Assembly (NCBI GenBank): GCA_026387435.1
Contig: JAPLLS010000085.1
Location: 1 to 63,569, forward strand
DNA from: Candidatus Omnitrophota bacterium
Lineage (GTDB): Bacteria > Omnitrophota > Gorgyraeia > Gygaellales > Profunditerraquicolaceae
Reading direction: 5' to 3'
DNA length: 63,569 nucleotides
Shown piece by piece: positions 43,571 through 53,224 of the stretch. Under the pieces are notes generated by a model. The model searched no databases, was not told where the DNA came from, and saw only the letters and a program-made list of their open reading frames with translations. Numbering within the stretch: position 1 is the stretch's first letter; every line of letters begins with the position of its first letter. A program made the translations under genes and the position numbers.

Positions 43571-44587
43571 TTAAACTATTTGAACCTGCTTCTTGCCTTT
43601 GCAGCAGGCTCCGATGATCCAGGATTTCAGTTTCATCTTCGCCAGTTCATTCTGGATCTCTACGGCGTCCGAAACCTCGACGATCAAAACCATACCTATG
43701 CCCATATTCAAGGTATGGTAAATTTCTTTATCCGGGATGTTGCCCTTGTTCTGGATCAATTTAAAGATCGTCTGGAACGGCCAGGAACCTTTATTAATCC
43801 TGGCATCCACATTCTTGGGAAGAATACGGACGATCTTATCGTAAAACGCACCGCCGGTAATATGCGAGATCCCCCGGATCGGCTGTTTTCCTGCGCGATT
43901 GAATTTTTCCAAAAGAGCCATAACCGGCTTAACATAGATCCGGGTCGGCCGAAGAAGTTCCTTGCTCATCCTCTTCTGCTCGGACTCGGAGAAAACTTTT
44001 CGCACCAGCGAATACCCGTTGGAATGGATGCCATTCGACTCTATCCCAATGACCAAATTCCCTGATTCGATCTTTGAACCATCCAGGATTTGTTTCTTCT
44101 CTACGATCCCTACGCAAAATCCGGCCAAATCATATTCCCCGGGTTTATACATATCCGGCATCTGGGCGGTCTCGCCTCCGATCAAGGCACATCCGGCTTG
44201 CAGGCAGCCGTCATTCAAACCTTTGACGATATCCAGCAAAGTTGCTTCCGGCAATTTACTGTAAGCGATATAATCCAGAAAAAATAGAGTTCTCGCTCCC
44301 ACGCAGAGGATATCATTGACATTCATAGCCACCGCGTCAATACCCACGGTATCATGCTTGCCGGCCAGGGCCGCGATCTTAAGCTTGGTCCCTACCCCGT
44401 CCGAAGAAGCGACCAGTACCGGATCCCGGAACTTTTCCTTGGCCAGGCTGAAAAAACTTCCGAATCCGCCGATCCCTTTAAGGACTTGAGGGCCCTGCGA
44501 CTTTTTGACCAGCCCCTGGAGTTTGGCCTTGAATAAATTGGCGCTCTGAATATCCACGCCGGATCTTTTGTAAGTAATATTCTTCAT
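43571..44587 (-). CDS. purM: Phosphoribosylformylglycinamidine cyclo-ligase (AIR synthetase)
   Basis: YKRSGVDI...IGGFGSFF...SSDGVGTKLKIA...GGETAQMP. Confidence 0.95.
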   Translation of the reverse strand: MKNITYKRSGVDIQSANLFKAKLQGLVKKSQGPQVLKGIGGFGSFFSLAKEKFRDPVLVASSDGVGTKLKIAALAGKHDTVGIDAVAMNVNDILCVGARTLFFLDYIAYSKLPEATLLDIVKGLNDGCLQAGCALIGGETAQMPDMYKPGEYDLAGFCVGIVEKKQILDGSKIESGNLVIGIESNGIHSNGYSLVRKVFSESEQKRMSKELLRPTRIYVKPVMALLEKFNRAGKQPIRGISHITGGAFYDKIVRILPKNVDARINKGSWPFQTIFKLIQNKGNIPDKEIYHTLNMGIGMVLIVEVSDAVEIQNELAKMKLKSWIIGACCKGKKQVQIV

Positions 44588-44596
44588 CCCATTATC

Positions 44597-45902
44597 CTAT
44601 GGTTGTTTTCCTGTCCAGCAATACTGGCAAAGTTTTTCTTTTTGCAATCCTATGGCCTCGATCATATCGTCGAGCTTCTGATACTGCAGAGAATCCACGT
44701 CCAGGTCTTTTCTGATCCATTCTACCATTTTCTTGTGCTTGGAGGAATTTTCGTCGATATACTCACTGACGTCTTTGATGTCTTTACCTTCCAGGGCCTT
44801 GATCGCCTTGCGGGCTGCCAGCTCATGGATGCTCCGGGTAGAAAAATTGAATTTGCAAGGGAACATCAGCGGCGGGCAAGCGATACGCAGATGAATCCCC
44901 TTGACCCCGCATTCCTTGAGTTTCTTGATGGTGTAATTCTTGAATTGTGTTCCCCGGACAATGGAGTCATCGCAAATGACCACCCGCTTGCCTTTAATAA
45001 TTTCTTGAATGGGAATAAGTTTCATTTTCGCCACCAGGTCGCGGGTCTCCTGCGACGGAGGAGTATAGCTGCGGCCGTAGCCGGGAGTATATTTTACCAA
45101 AGCCCGGCGGTAAGGCAGGCCGGATTCCATGGCGTAACCGATGGCGTGGGCGATACCGGAATCGGGAATACCGCAGACCAAATCCGCGTTGACCTTGTCC
45201 CTTTTAGCTAAAGCCCGGCCGGAATTTTCCCGGACCACTTCAGTATTGACCCCTTCATAGGAAGACGCCGGAAAACCGGTGTAGATCCACAAGAAGCTAC
45301 AGGTCTGATTAATCCCGGAGCCTTTTTCCTTGATTGTAACCCCGGATTTATCGATAAAAATTTTCTCCCAGCACCAATGGGTAATAGCCGTAGCGGTCCG
45401 GAGCGGCATAGATCCCTTTTTCAGTAAGGATCAATAACGAACATGACCCCTGGATCTTCTCAAACATCTTCTTGATCCCGTCGGGAATATCTTTGCCCCG
45501 GATGATCAATTTTGCCGCCAGCTCGCTCATGTTTACGCTGCCGTCGGCTACTTCGCTGAAAGACTGTCCTTCCTTATACAGAAAATCCACCAGCTCATCG
45601 GTGTTCTCGATAAAACCGTTGGTAGCTATAGCGAACGGGCCAAAGCGGGATTTGATGTAAACCGGCTGTTCATCCTTGGCGCTGATGACCCCGATACCTT
45701 TATCCCCGGGCATATTTTTGTACTCGGCGAAAAACTTAGCCTTGAACTGGGTGCCGCTGATGTCGTGGATCTTCCGGATTAATTCCTTCCCCCAGACTGC
45801 CAGGCCGGCAAACTGGGTGCCCAGATGAGAATGATAATCCGTCCCGTAAAACAAATCCTGCATGCAGCTTTCTTTTGATACTACCCCGAAAATCCCGCTC
45901 AT
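44597..45902 (-). pseudogene. Amidophosphoribosyltransferase paralogue: nucleophile Cys replaced by Ser, split by a frameshift with apparent loss of ~28 codons
   Basis: N-terminal ORF 45348-45902 starts MSGIFGV (canonical MCGIFG) and ends ...YPLVLGENFYR*. The +1 frame continues EKIFIDKSGVTIKEK... into a PRTase domain (VVICDDSIVRGTQ). The junction lies in GAGAAAATTTTTATC. Compared with the adjacent purF, the ...GGAFCLASETCAFDLVGAKYIREIEPGE block is missing. Confidence 0.6.
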
Positions 45903-45922
45903 TTAGCAACCTCTTTCTGTGA

Positions 45923-47401
45923 TTATTTTTTAAGTTCACACTTTGGTTTTCCCGACTGTCCGCAGCAGCCCAGTTCTAAAGCGAATTTATCCACATCCTT
46001 GGCGTGCAGCGGGTATTTTCCGGTCCAGCAGGCCGCGCAGTAATTCTCATTCTCGTATTTCAGGCAGCCAAGCATCCCTTCCAGAGTTAAATACCCCAGA
46101 CTGTCCACTTCAAGGTACTGCTGAATTTTAACCAGCGATTCATATTTATTGGCGATGAGTTCCGTCGGTTTGTGAAAATCTATTCCGTAAAAACAGGGAA
46201 AACGGTGGGCCGGGCAGGAGATCCGCAAATGCACTTCTTTACACCCTGCTCTGCGCAGGTTGCGCACGCGGATCTTGGAAGTCGTGCCCCGGACAATGGA
46301 ATCGTCGACCACGATTATCCGTTTTCCTTTGATCACGTCTTTAAGCAAATTGAATTTAATCCGCACTCCCAGGTCGCGGGCATCCTGTGCCGGCTGGATA
46401 AATGTCCTGCCCACGTAATGGTTGCGGATGATCCCTAACTCCAACGGTATTCCCGACTCGTGGGAATAACCCATAGCTGCCGAAAATCCCGAATCCGGGA
46501 CCGGGATGACATAATCAGCTTTAACCGGGTGTTCTCTGGCTAATTGCGCGCCCAACTTGCGCCTGACCGTATGCACCGTCTCGCCGAATACCACTGAATC
46601 CGGGCGGGAAAAATAAACGTGTTCGAAGGTGCAGAAGGAATGCTTGCCCTTTAATTGCAGCGATTCCGGTTTAATGGATTTAATCCCGTTAACATCGATA
46701 AAAACTATTTCTCCCGGCTCGATCTCCCGGATGTATTTAGCGCCGACGAGATCAAAAGCGCAGGTCTCCGAGGCCAGGCAAAAAGCGCCGCCCAGTTTTC
46801 CCAGGACCAGCGGCCTGAACCCAAGGGGGTCGCGTACTCCGATCAAGTGTTTATTATCCATCATCACCAGCGAATAAGCACCCTTGACCCTTTCCAAGGC
46901 AAAAACCAGGCTCTCCAGAAGATCGCGGGATTTGGCCCGGGCCATCAAATGGATGATTATTTCCGAATCCGTGGTAGTCTGAAAGATCGAACCTCTTTCT
47001 TCAAGTTCCTGGCTGAGTTCCAGGGAATTGACCAGGTTGCCGTTATGAGCGATACAGATCGACCCCTTGGCGTAATCGATCAATAACGGCTGGGCGTTCT
47101 TTAAAACGCTCGAGCCGGTAGTAGAATAGCGCACGTGGCCCACCGCGGCCGTGCCTTTTAGCTTGTCTAAAACTTCCGGGGTAAAAACATCGCTGACCAG
47201 CCCCATGTGCTTATAGACCGAAAGATTCTCTTTTTTGTTAACCACGATCCCGCAGGCTTCCTGGCCGCGGTGCTGCTGGGCGAACAATCCCAGATAAGTC
47301 AGCCAGCTGGCCTGCTTATGGCCGAATATCCCGAAAAGGCCGCAGAATTCTTTTGGGGTATCGTTATCCTCGTAAATTATTTTTTGCATATTCCACACCA
47401 T
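45923..47401 (-). CDS. purF: Amidophosphoribosyltransferase (with propeptide and [4Fe-4S] ligands)
   Basis: Propeptide then CGLFGIFG. SETCAF, FCTFEHVYFSRPDS, VVDDSIVRGTT, and C-terminal NYCAACWTGKYP cluster cysteines. Confidence 0.9.
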   Translation of the reverse strand: MVWNMQKIIYEDNDTPKEFCGLFGIFGHKQASWLTYLGLFAQQHRGQEACGIVVNKKENLSVYKHMGLVSDVFTPEVLDKLKGTAAVGHVRYSTTGSSVLKNAQPLLIDYAKGSICIAHNGNLVNSLELSQELEERGSIFQTTTDSEIIIHLMARAKSRDLLESLVFALERVKGAYSLVMMDNKHLIGVRDPLGFRPLVLGKLGGAFCLASETCAFDLVGAKYIREIEPGEIVFIDVNGIKSIKPESLQLKGKHSFCTFEHVYFSRPDSVVFGETVHTVRRKLGAQLAREHPVKADYVIPVPDSGFSAAMGYSHESGIPLELGIIRNHYVGRTFIQPAQDARDLGVRIKFNLLKDVIKGKRIIVVDDSIVRGTTSKIRVRNLRRAGCKEVHLRISCPAHRFPCFYGIDFHKPTELIANKYESLVKIQQYLEVDSLGYLTLEGMLGCLKYENENYCAACWTGKYPLHAKDVDKFALELGCCGQSGKPKCELKK

Positions 47402-48140
47402 TCTTTATGATTAAAAACCCGTGCCCCAGGCTGGCGCCGCTGGTTTTCTCCCAGCGCGGGTGCTGTCGGATATCGATATGCCTTTCCGGATGAGGCATTA
47501 AACCCAGGATCCTTCCCGTATCGTCACAGATCCCGGCGATGTCTTCCAGCGAACCGTTAGGATTATCGCTGTATTTAAAAACTATCTGGTTATTCTTTTT
47601 CAAACGCGCCAGAACTTGCTTATCCCGGACCACGAATTTACCTTCGCCGTGGGCGATCGGCAAATAGATCTCTTCGGGCAGATCTTTTGCCCACACGCAT
47701 TTCACCTGCGACTTGTGACTTTGCGACCTTGTGACTTTAAGATAAACCCATTCATCGAGAAAAGATCCGCAGTCGTTAATGATCAGGCTGGTTTCCTGCT
47801 CCAAGGTATCATTGCCGGGCAGAAGCCCGCTTTTAACCAGGATCTGAAAACCGTTGCAGATGCCGATAATCAGTTTTCCCGCGGCGATAAATCTCTTGAG
47901 CCCCTGGTTTAATTTACAGCGCAGCTCGTTAGCCAGGATCTTGCCGGCGGCAATATCATCACCGTAAGAAAATCCTCCGGGCAATACCAGTATATGGTAA
48001 TTATCCAAAGATTTCTCTGAGGAAATAAGCCTGTTCACGTGCACCAATTCCGGATCGCCTCCGGCAGCCTCGAATGCAAAAGCAGTTTCCTTGTCGCAAT
48101 TAGTGCCTGCCGTCCTTAATATACAAACTCTGGGTTTCAT
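47364..48140 (-). CDS. purQ: Phosphoribosylformylglycinamidine synthase, glutaminase subunit
   Basis: LVLPGGFSYGDD, nucleophile GICNGFQIL, IAHGEGKF, MPHPER. Confidence 0.9.
   Translation of the reverse strand: MKPRVCILRTAGTNCDKETAFAFEAAGGDPELVHVNRLISSEKSLDNYHILVLPGGFSYGDDIAAGKILANELRCKLNQGLKRFIAAGKLIIGICNGFQILVKSGLLPGNDTLEQETSLIINDCGSFLDEWVYLKVTRSQSHKSQVKCVWAKDLPEEIYLPIAHGEGKFVVRDKQVLARLKKNNQIVFKYSDNPNGSLEDIAGICDDTGRILGLMPHPERHIDIRQHPRWEKTSGASLGHGFLIIKNGVEYAKNNLRG
47705..47735 (-). repeat. Octamer-periodic element, copy b, inside purQ
   Basis: Minus strand: AAA-GTCACAAG-GTCGCAAA-GTCACAA-GTCGCAGG-TG, encoding VTRSQSHKSQV in the variable loop before the conserved IAHGEG. Confidence 0.85.
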
Positions 48141-48147
48141 GTTTTCC

Positions 48148-48825
48148 CTAACACAATGATTTATGGCTCTTATAGAAGTCCTTGATTATTTTGACTACTT
48201 CTTTTGGTTTATCCACGGCCTTAAAAAGACAAAGGTCTTCTTCGCTGATACAGCCGGTTTTCAGGACGGTGTTTTTCAACCAGTCCATCAATCCTTTCCA
48301 GTATTCTTTTCCCACCACAATTACCGGGAATTTAGGGATCCTGTCGGTAGAGATCAAATTAATAGCCTCCATGAATTCATCCAGCGTTCCGTATCCTCCG
48401 GGCATGATCACGAAAGCCTTGGCGTATTTGACGAACATGACCTTGCGAATGAAAAAATAGCGGAAATCCAGGAGCGTATCCACATAAGGATTGGGATTCT
48501 GCTGAAGCGGAAGCTGGATATTCAATCCTACGGAATAACCTTTGGCCCGCTTGGCGCCCTTGTTCGCCGCTTCCATCAGGCTCGGCCCGGATCCGGTAAT
48601 GATCGCGTACTTTTCTTTAGCCAGAAGATAAGCCACCTCTTCGGCTAACTTGTAATATTTGTGCGAGGACGACAACCTGGCGGAACCGAAGATGGAAACC
48701 GCTTTTCCGATAGAAGAAAGTACTTCAAAACCTTCCACAAACTCGGACATGATCCGAAAAATACGCCAGGGGTCTTCAGTATCAAATTCGTGTTTGTCGA
48801 TAAAACTCTTTTTCTCCCGCACCAT
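48148..48825 (-). CDS. LOG-family (TIGR00730) nucleotide 5'-monophosphate phosphoribohydrolase
   Basis: FGSARL..., GSGPSLMEAANKGA, and the PGGYGTLDE signature. Confidence 0.8.
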   Translation of the reverse strand: MVREKKSFIDKHEFDTEDPWRIFRIMSEFVEGFEVLSSIGKAVSIFGSARLSSSHKYYKLAEEVAYLLAKEKYAIITGSGPSLMEAANKGAKRAKGYSVGLNIQLPLQQNPNPYVDTLLDFRYFFIRKVMFVKYAKAFVIMPGGYGTLDEFMEAINLISTDRIPKFPVIVVGKEYWKGLMDWLKNTVLKTGCISEEDLCLFKAVDKPKEVVKIIKDFYKSHKSLC

Positions 48826-48838
48826 TTTAACCTCTTTC

Positions 48839-51780
48839 TTACCAGCGCAAAGGCTTTTGCCATGATTCTTTCAGATCGTTGATGTTGGAGTCCACGCAAA
48901 TTTCCCCATCCAAGCCAAAAACCTTGAAATCTTTGCCCTGGGAAACGCAGCCGATCAATCCAAAAACTGTCCCTTTAAGCAATTTTTCGAACTTTTTCTG
49001 ATCTTTCTTTTCGATCTCGACTATAAAACGGGAATTAGATTCGGAGAACAAAACAAAATCATTTCGATCAATTTTCTTTTTTCCGCCGCAGCTCATCCCG
49101 GAATAAGGAACTTCCGCCAGAAACAGCTCCATTCCCAAGCCTCCGGCAAAAGCCATTTCGCTGGCAGCAACTCCCAGCCCGCCCTCGGAACAATCATGCA
49201 TCGCAGAGATCAATCCCTTCGACGATGCCCGGCTTAAGGCCTGGAAAGTTTTGTTGGCCTGAACCGGATATACCCGGGGAACGTTATTTCCCATCGCCTT
49301 GAACAAACCGTAATAATGCGAGCCGCCCAGCTCTTCCCGGGTGAGGCCTACGATATAGATCAAATTCCCAGGCTTTTTGGCATACATGGAAATCGCTTTA
49401 CCCGCGTCCTTCATCACCGCGATCGCCGAGATCAGGATCGTCCCGGGAATAGCCTGGGATTTACCGTGGACCGCATACTCGTTATACAAACTGTCTTTCC
49501 CGGAAATAAAAGGCACCCCAAAAGCTTTGGCAATATCATAGCATCCGTAGGACGTGCGCACTAAAGACCCCAGCCTGTCCGGTTTATCGGGATTTCCCCA
49601 GCAGAAATTATCCAGCAGCGCCACTTCTTCCAGCGAGCCGCCTACGGAAATGATCTGACGCAGGGCCTCGTCAATACAGGAAGCAGCCATCCAGTAAGGA
49701 TCGATAAAACCGTAGCGAAAATTGATGCCGTTAGAAACTATCACTGCCCGCTGGGAATCCAGCACAGGCTTGACGATCGCGGCGTCCGAAGGTCCGTCAT
49801 TGACGATCCCCACCAGCGGCTTAAGCACAGTTCCGCCCTGAACCTCATGGTCGTATTGCCTGACCACCCATTCCTTGGAACAAATATCGTAATCGCCCAG
49901 CAACCTGGACAGATACAAAGTAAGGTCTTTTTTAACAGCGATAGCCGGCTCTTTATGTTTGGGGCTTACGTAGCAGGCTTTCTTCTCGGTCCTGGGCAGC
50001 CCCTCGTGAAGAAATTGCATATCTAAGTCGCAGACCAGATGGTTATGATAAAAAAGCTGCAATCTTTTGGTATCAGTGAACTCTCCGATCACCGTGGCCT
50101 CGACGTTCTCCCCGGAAAATACTTCAAGAGCTGTTCTAACTTCTCTTTTTTCACCGAGATGGTCATCCTCTCCTGGGATTCGGAAATCCAAATCTCGGTG
50201 TAAGACAGCCCCCTGTATTTTAAAGGCACTTTTTCCAGATCGACCCGGCAGCCCAATTCCTGAGCCATCTCTCCTACGGCCGAAGACAAACCGCCGGCGC
50301 CGCAGTCGGTGATCGCGGTATAAAGGCCTCGGTCGCGGGCCACAAGCAAAGTATCGAGCATTTTCTTTTCCTGAATAGGATTACCAATCTGCACCGCGCC
50401 GCTGGAGATGGTTTCGGATTCGTGGGTCAATTCTCCGGAAGAAAAAGTCGCGCCGTGGATACCGTCCCTGCCGGTCCGGCCGCCAACCACTACCACCAAC
50501 TCGCCGGTTGAAGTCTTTTTAGAAGATTTGTCTTTAGGCATTATCCCGGCGGTTCCGCAGTAAACCAGGGGGTTGCCCACAAAGCCTTCGTGAAACAATA
50601 CCGAGCCGTTGACCGTGGGAATACCCATTTTGTTGCCGTAATCGCGCACTCCGGAAACTACGCCTTTGGCGATCCGTTTAGGGTGCAGTGTTCCCTTGGG
50701 AAGTTTGCTGAAAGGATAATCTGGAGGAGCAAAACAAAAGACGTCGGTATTTAAAAACGGTTTGGCTCCCAGTCCCGTGCCCATGGGGTCGCGGATAACT
50801 CCACCGATACCGGTATTAGCCCCGCCGAAAGGCTCTAAGGCCGAGGGATGATTGTGAGTTTCCACCTTAAAACAAACATTGTATTTATCGTCAAACTCGA
50901 TCACCCCGGAATTATCCTTGAATACCGAAACACACCAGGGCTTATTCAATTCCCTGGTGACCTTCATGATCGTCGACTTCAAAAGATTATTTATCTTTAA
51001 GGTTTTTCCCTGTGACTTTGCGACCTTGTGAACTTGTTGCCCTATAATTTCTTTATACTCGATCTTGCCGCGGAAAGTCTTGTGGCCGCAGTGCTCGGAC
51101 CAGGTCTGGGCAATAGTCTCCAGCTCGCAGTCAGTGGGATTGCGCCCCAATTTCTTGAAATAATCCCGGATCAGGCGCATCTCAATAAGATTAAGAAAAA
51201 GCTGGCCCTGGGAACTGATCTCCTGGAGCCTCTTATCCGTTGCTTGCAAAAGATCCACGATAACCAGGCCAAACTTGTACCCGGTTTCCCCGGCAACTAG
51301 TGGTTTATACCCGCAGGATTGATCCTTAACGACATGTTGAATCAGTTTATTGTAAAGAAGTTTTTCGGAAATAGTCTTTAATTGCGGCTCGGTAAGCTTG
51401 CCTGTAAGGAGGTATTTTCTGGCGGTCTTGATCGAAGTCACTCCTCCAATACCTAAGTCCCGGATACCTTTGAGAGTGGAATCCTCAACCGGATCCATAA
51501 CCCCCGGGTTATGAGCGACCTCGACGATATGAACATTCCCGCGGACAGATCGTTTTTGTCCTGCTACGATCCGGTAATCCTGAGAAACTTTATCCGCAAG
51601 TAACTCCGCGCAGATCCTCTCTAGCTCTTGACGGGAAATTAAGCCTTCAATGTTATAAACCTGGACGAACCTGACGTCTTTGACCGAATCGATCCCCAGG
51701 TCCAAAACATCTTTTTTGACGCCGACACCCACAGCGTCAAAAATTCCGGGTTTGTCAATTACTTCTATTTTCCAAAACAT
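48839..51780 (-). CDS. purL: Phosphoribosylformylglycinamidine synthase, PurS-PurL fusion, interrupted by an apparent single-base (-1) frameshift near 50120-50151
   Basis: N-terminal PurS-like ~80 aa, then PurL motifs ([43 protein letters not shown]). ORF 50089-51780 ends ...[23 protein letters not shown] 48839-50191 carries the continuation ...[18 protein letters not shown] in the -1 frame. Confidence 0.85.
51009..51039 (-). repeat. Octamer-periodic element, copy c, inside purL
   Basis: Minus strand: CAACAAGT-TCACAAGG-TCGCAAAG-TCACAGGG, encoding [11 protein letters not shown]. It shares a 21-nt identical core TCACAAGGTCGCAAAGTCACA with copy b. Confidence 0.85.
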
Positions 51781-51851
51781 GGAAACTCCGCTTTGGGCAG
51801 GAATAAGTGAGAATAAAAATTATTGTTAAGTTATTGAGTAGGCGTAAGAAA

Positions 51852-53150
51852 TTATTTACCCAGGCCTGCTTTTCTAAAGATCAAGTTCACGTGGCGAAGA
51901 TAAAAATTCAAGTCGAAAACCCGGTCCAGATCTTTAGCGCTCAGGTAATTCTTAACCTCCGGGTCTTCCAAAAGATTGGTCTTGAAATCCTTACAGCCTT
52001 TCCAAGTCAGCATTGCCGCCCGCTGCACCAGATCATAAGCTTTAGGCCGGCTTAAACCTTTGTCCATCAAAGCCAGAAGCGTGCGCTGGGAAAATATCAG
52101 CCCTTTTGTTTTTAAAAGGTTAACCATCATATTCTGCGGATAAACCAAAAGACCGTCTACGACCTTGATGAATTTATTGAGCATGTAATCCAGAAGTATG
52201 GTCGAATCGGGCAAGATCACCCTCTCCACCGACGAATGGCTGATGTCCCTTTCGTGCCAGAGGGCCACGTTCTCCATCCCGGCTAAAGAGTTCGCCCTTA
52301 ATACCCGGGCCAAACCGCAGATCCGCTCGCAGACTACGGGATTTCTCTTATGGGGCATAGCTGAAGAGCCCTTCTGGCCCTTTGCAAACGGTTCTTCGGC
52401 TTCCAGGACTTCTGTCCTCTGGAGATGCCTGATCTCTAAAGCGAATTTTTCCAGGGAAGCCGCGATTATGGCCAAGGTGGATAAATACTGAGCGTAAATA
52501 TCCCTCTGGATGACCTGGGTGGCCACATTGACCGGCTTAAGAGAAAGCTTTTTGCAAATATAATTCTCGACTTGAGGATCGATATTGGAATATGTTCCTA
52601 CCGCCCCGGAAAGTTTTCCGCAGGATATGGCTTCTTGGGCAGTACGCATCCGCTCAATATTCCTTCTGGTCTCGTCGAACCAAAGAGCGAGTTTCAGGCC
52701 GAAAGTCATGGGCTCGGCGTGCACGCCGTGGGTCCGGCCGATACAGACAGTGTCTTTATATTTTTTGGCCGCTACAGAGAGGGTTTTCTCCAGCTTAAGA
52801 AGGTCAGCTAACAAAATATCCGAAGCCTGCTTGAGCTGCACATCCAGGGTGGTATCCAGAAGATCGGACGAAGTCAGGCCGATATGCAGATATTGGGCGT
52901 CAGAGCCGATATACTGCGAGACATTAGTGACAAACGCCACTATGTCGTGCTGGGTCTTTTCTTCGATCTTTAAGATCTGCTTGACGTTGAATCTGGCTTT
53001 TTTACGGATCCTTGAGGCTGCGGCTTTGGGAATGCGGCCGAGCCGGGCATGCGCTTCGCAAGCCAGGATCTCGATCTCAAGCATGATACGGAATTTATTC
53101 TCATCCTGCCAGATGCCAGACATTTCGGGAAGGCTGTATCTATCTATCAT
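51852..53150 (-). CDS. purB: Adenylosuccinate lyase
   Basis: RYSLPEM...HIGLTSSD...signature GSSAMPHKRNP. Confidence 0.95.
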   Translation of the reverse strand: MIDRYSLPEMSGIWQDENKFRIMLEIEILACEAHARLGRIPKAAASRIRKKARFNVKQILKIEEKTQHDIVAFVTNVSQYIGSDAQYLHIGLTSSDLLDTTLDVQLKQASDILLADLLKLEKTLSVAAKKYKDTVCIGRTHGVHAEPMTFGLKLALWFDETRRNIERMRTAQEAISCGKLSGAVGTYSNIDPQVENYICKKLSLKPVNVATQVIQRDIYAQYLSTLAIIAASLEKFALEIRHLQRTEVLEAEEPFAKGQKGSSAMPHKRNPVVCERICGLARVLRANSLAGMENVALWHERDISHSSVERVILPDSTILLDYMLNKFIKVVDGLLVYPQNMMVNLLKTKGLIFSQRTLLALMDKGLSRPKAYDLVQRAAMLTWKGCKDFKTNLLEDPEVKNYLSAKDLDRVFDLNFYLRHVNLIFRKAGLGK

Positions 53151-53185
53151 TAGTTCCCCCTCTTTTTAGCTTTAGCAAAGGCTAT

Positions 53186-53214
53186 ATTATAACAAAAATA
53201 GCTATCCGCTGCAA
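53186..53214 (-). promoter_or_regulatory. Candidate sigma70-type promoter for purB
   Basis: Minus strand: TTGCAG (53214-53209), 17 nt, TATAAT (53191-53186). It lies about 35 nt upstream of the purB ATG, and GAGGGGG precedes the ATG. Confidence 0.45.
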
Positions 53215-53224
53215 ACAAAATAAG

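Noticed and set aside
1-53150. Near-total minus-strand gene orientation as a special feature
   Set aside because: Strong co-orientation over tens of kb is common (replication-strand bias, long operons). Without origin/terminus information nothing further can be concluded.
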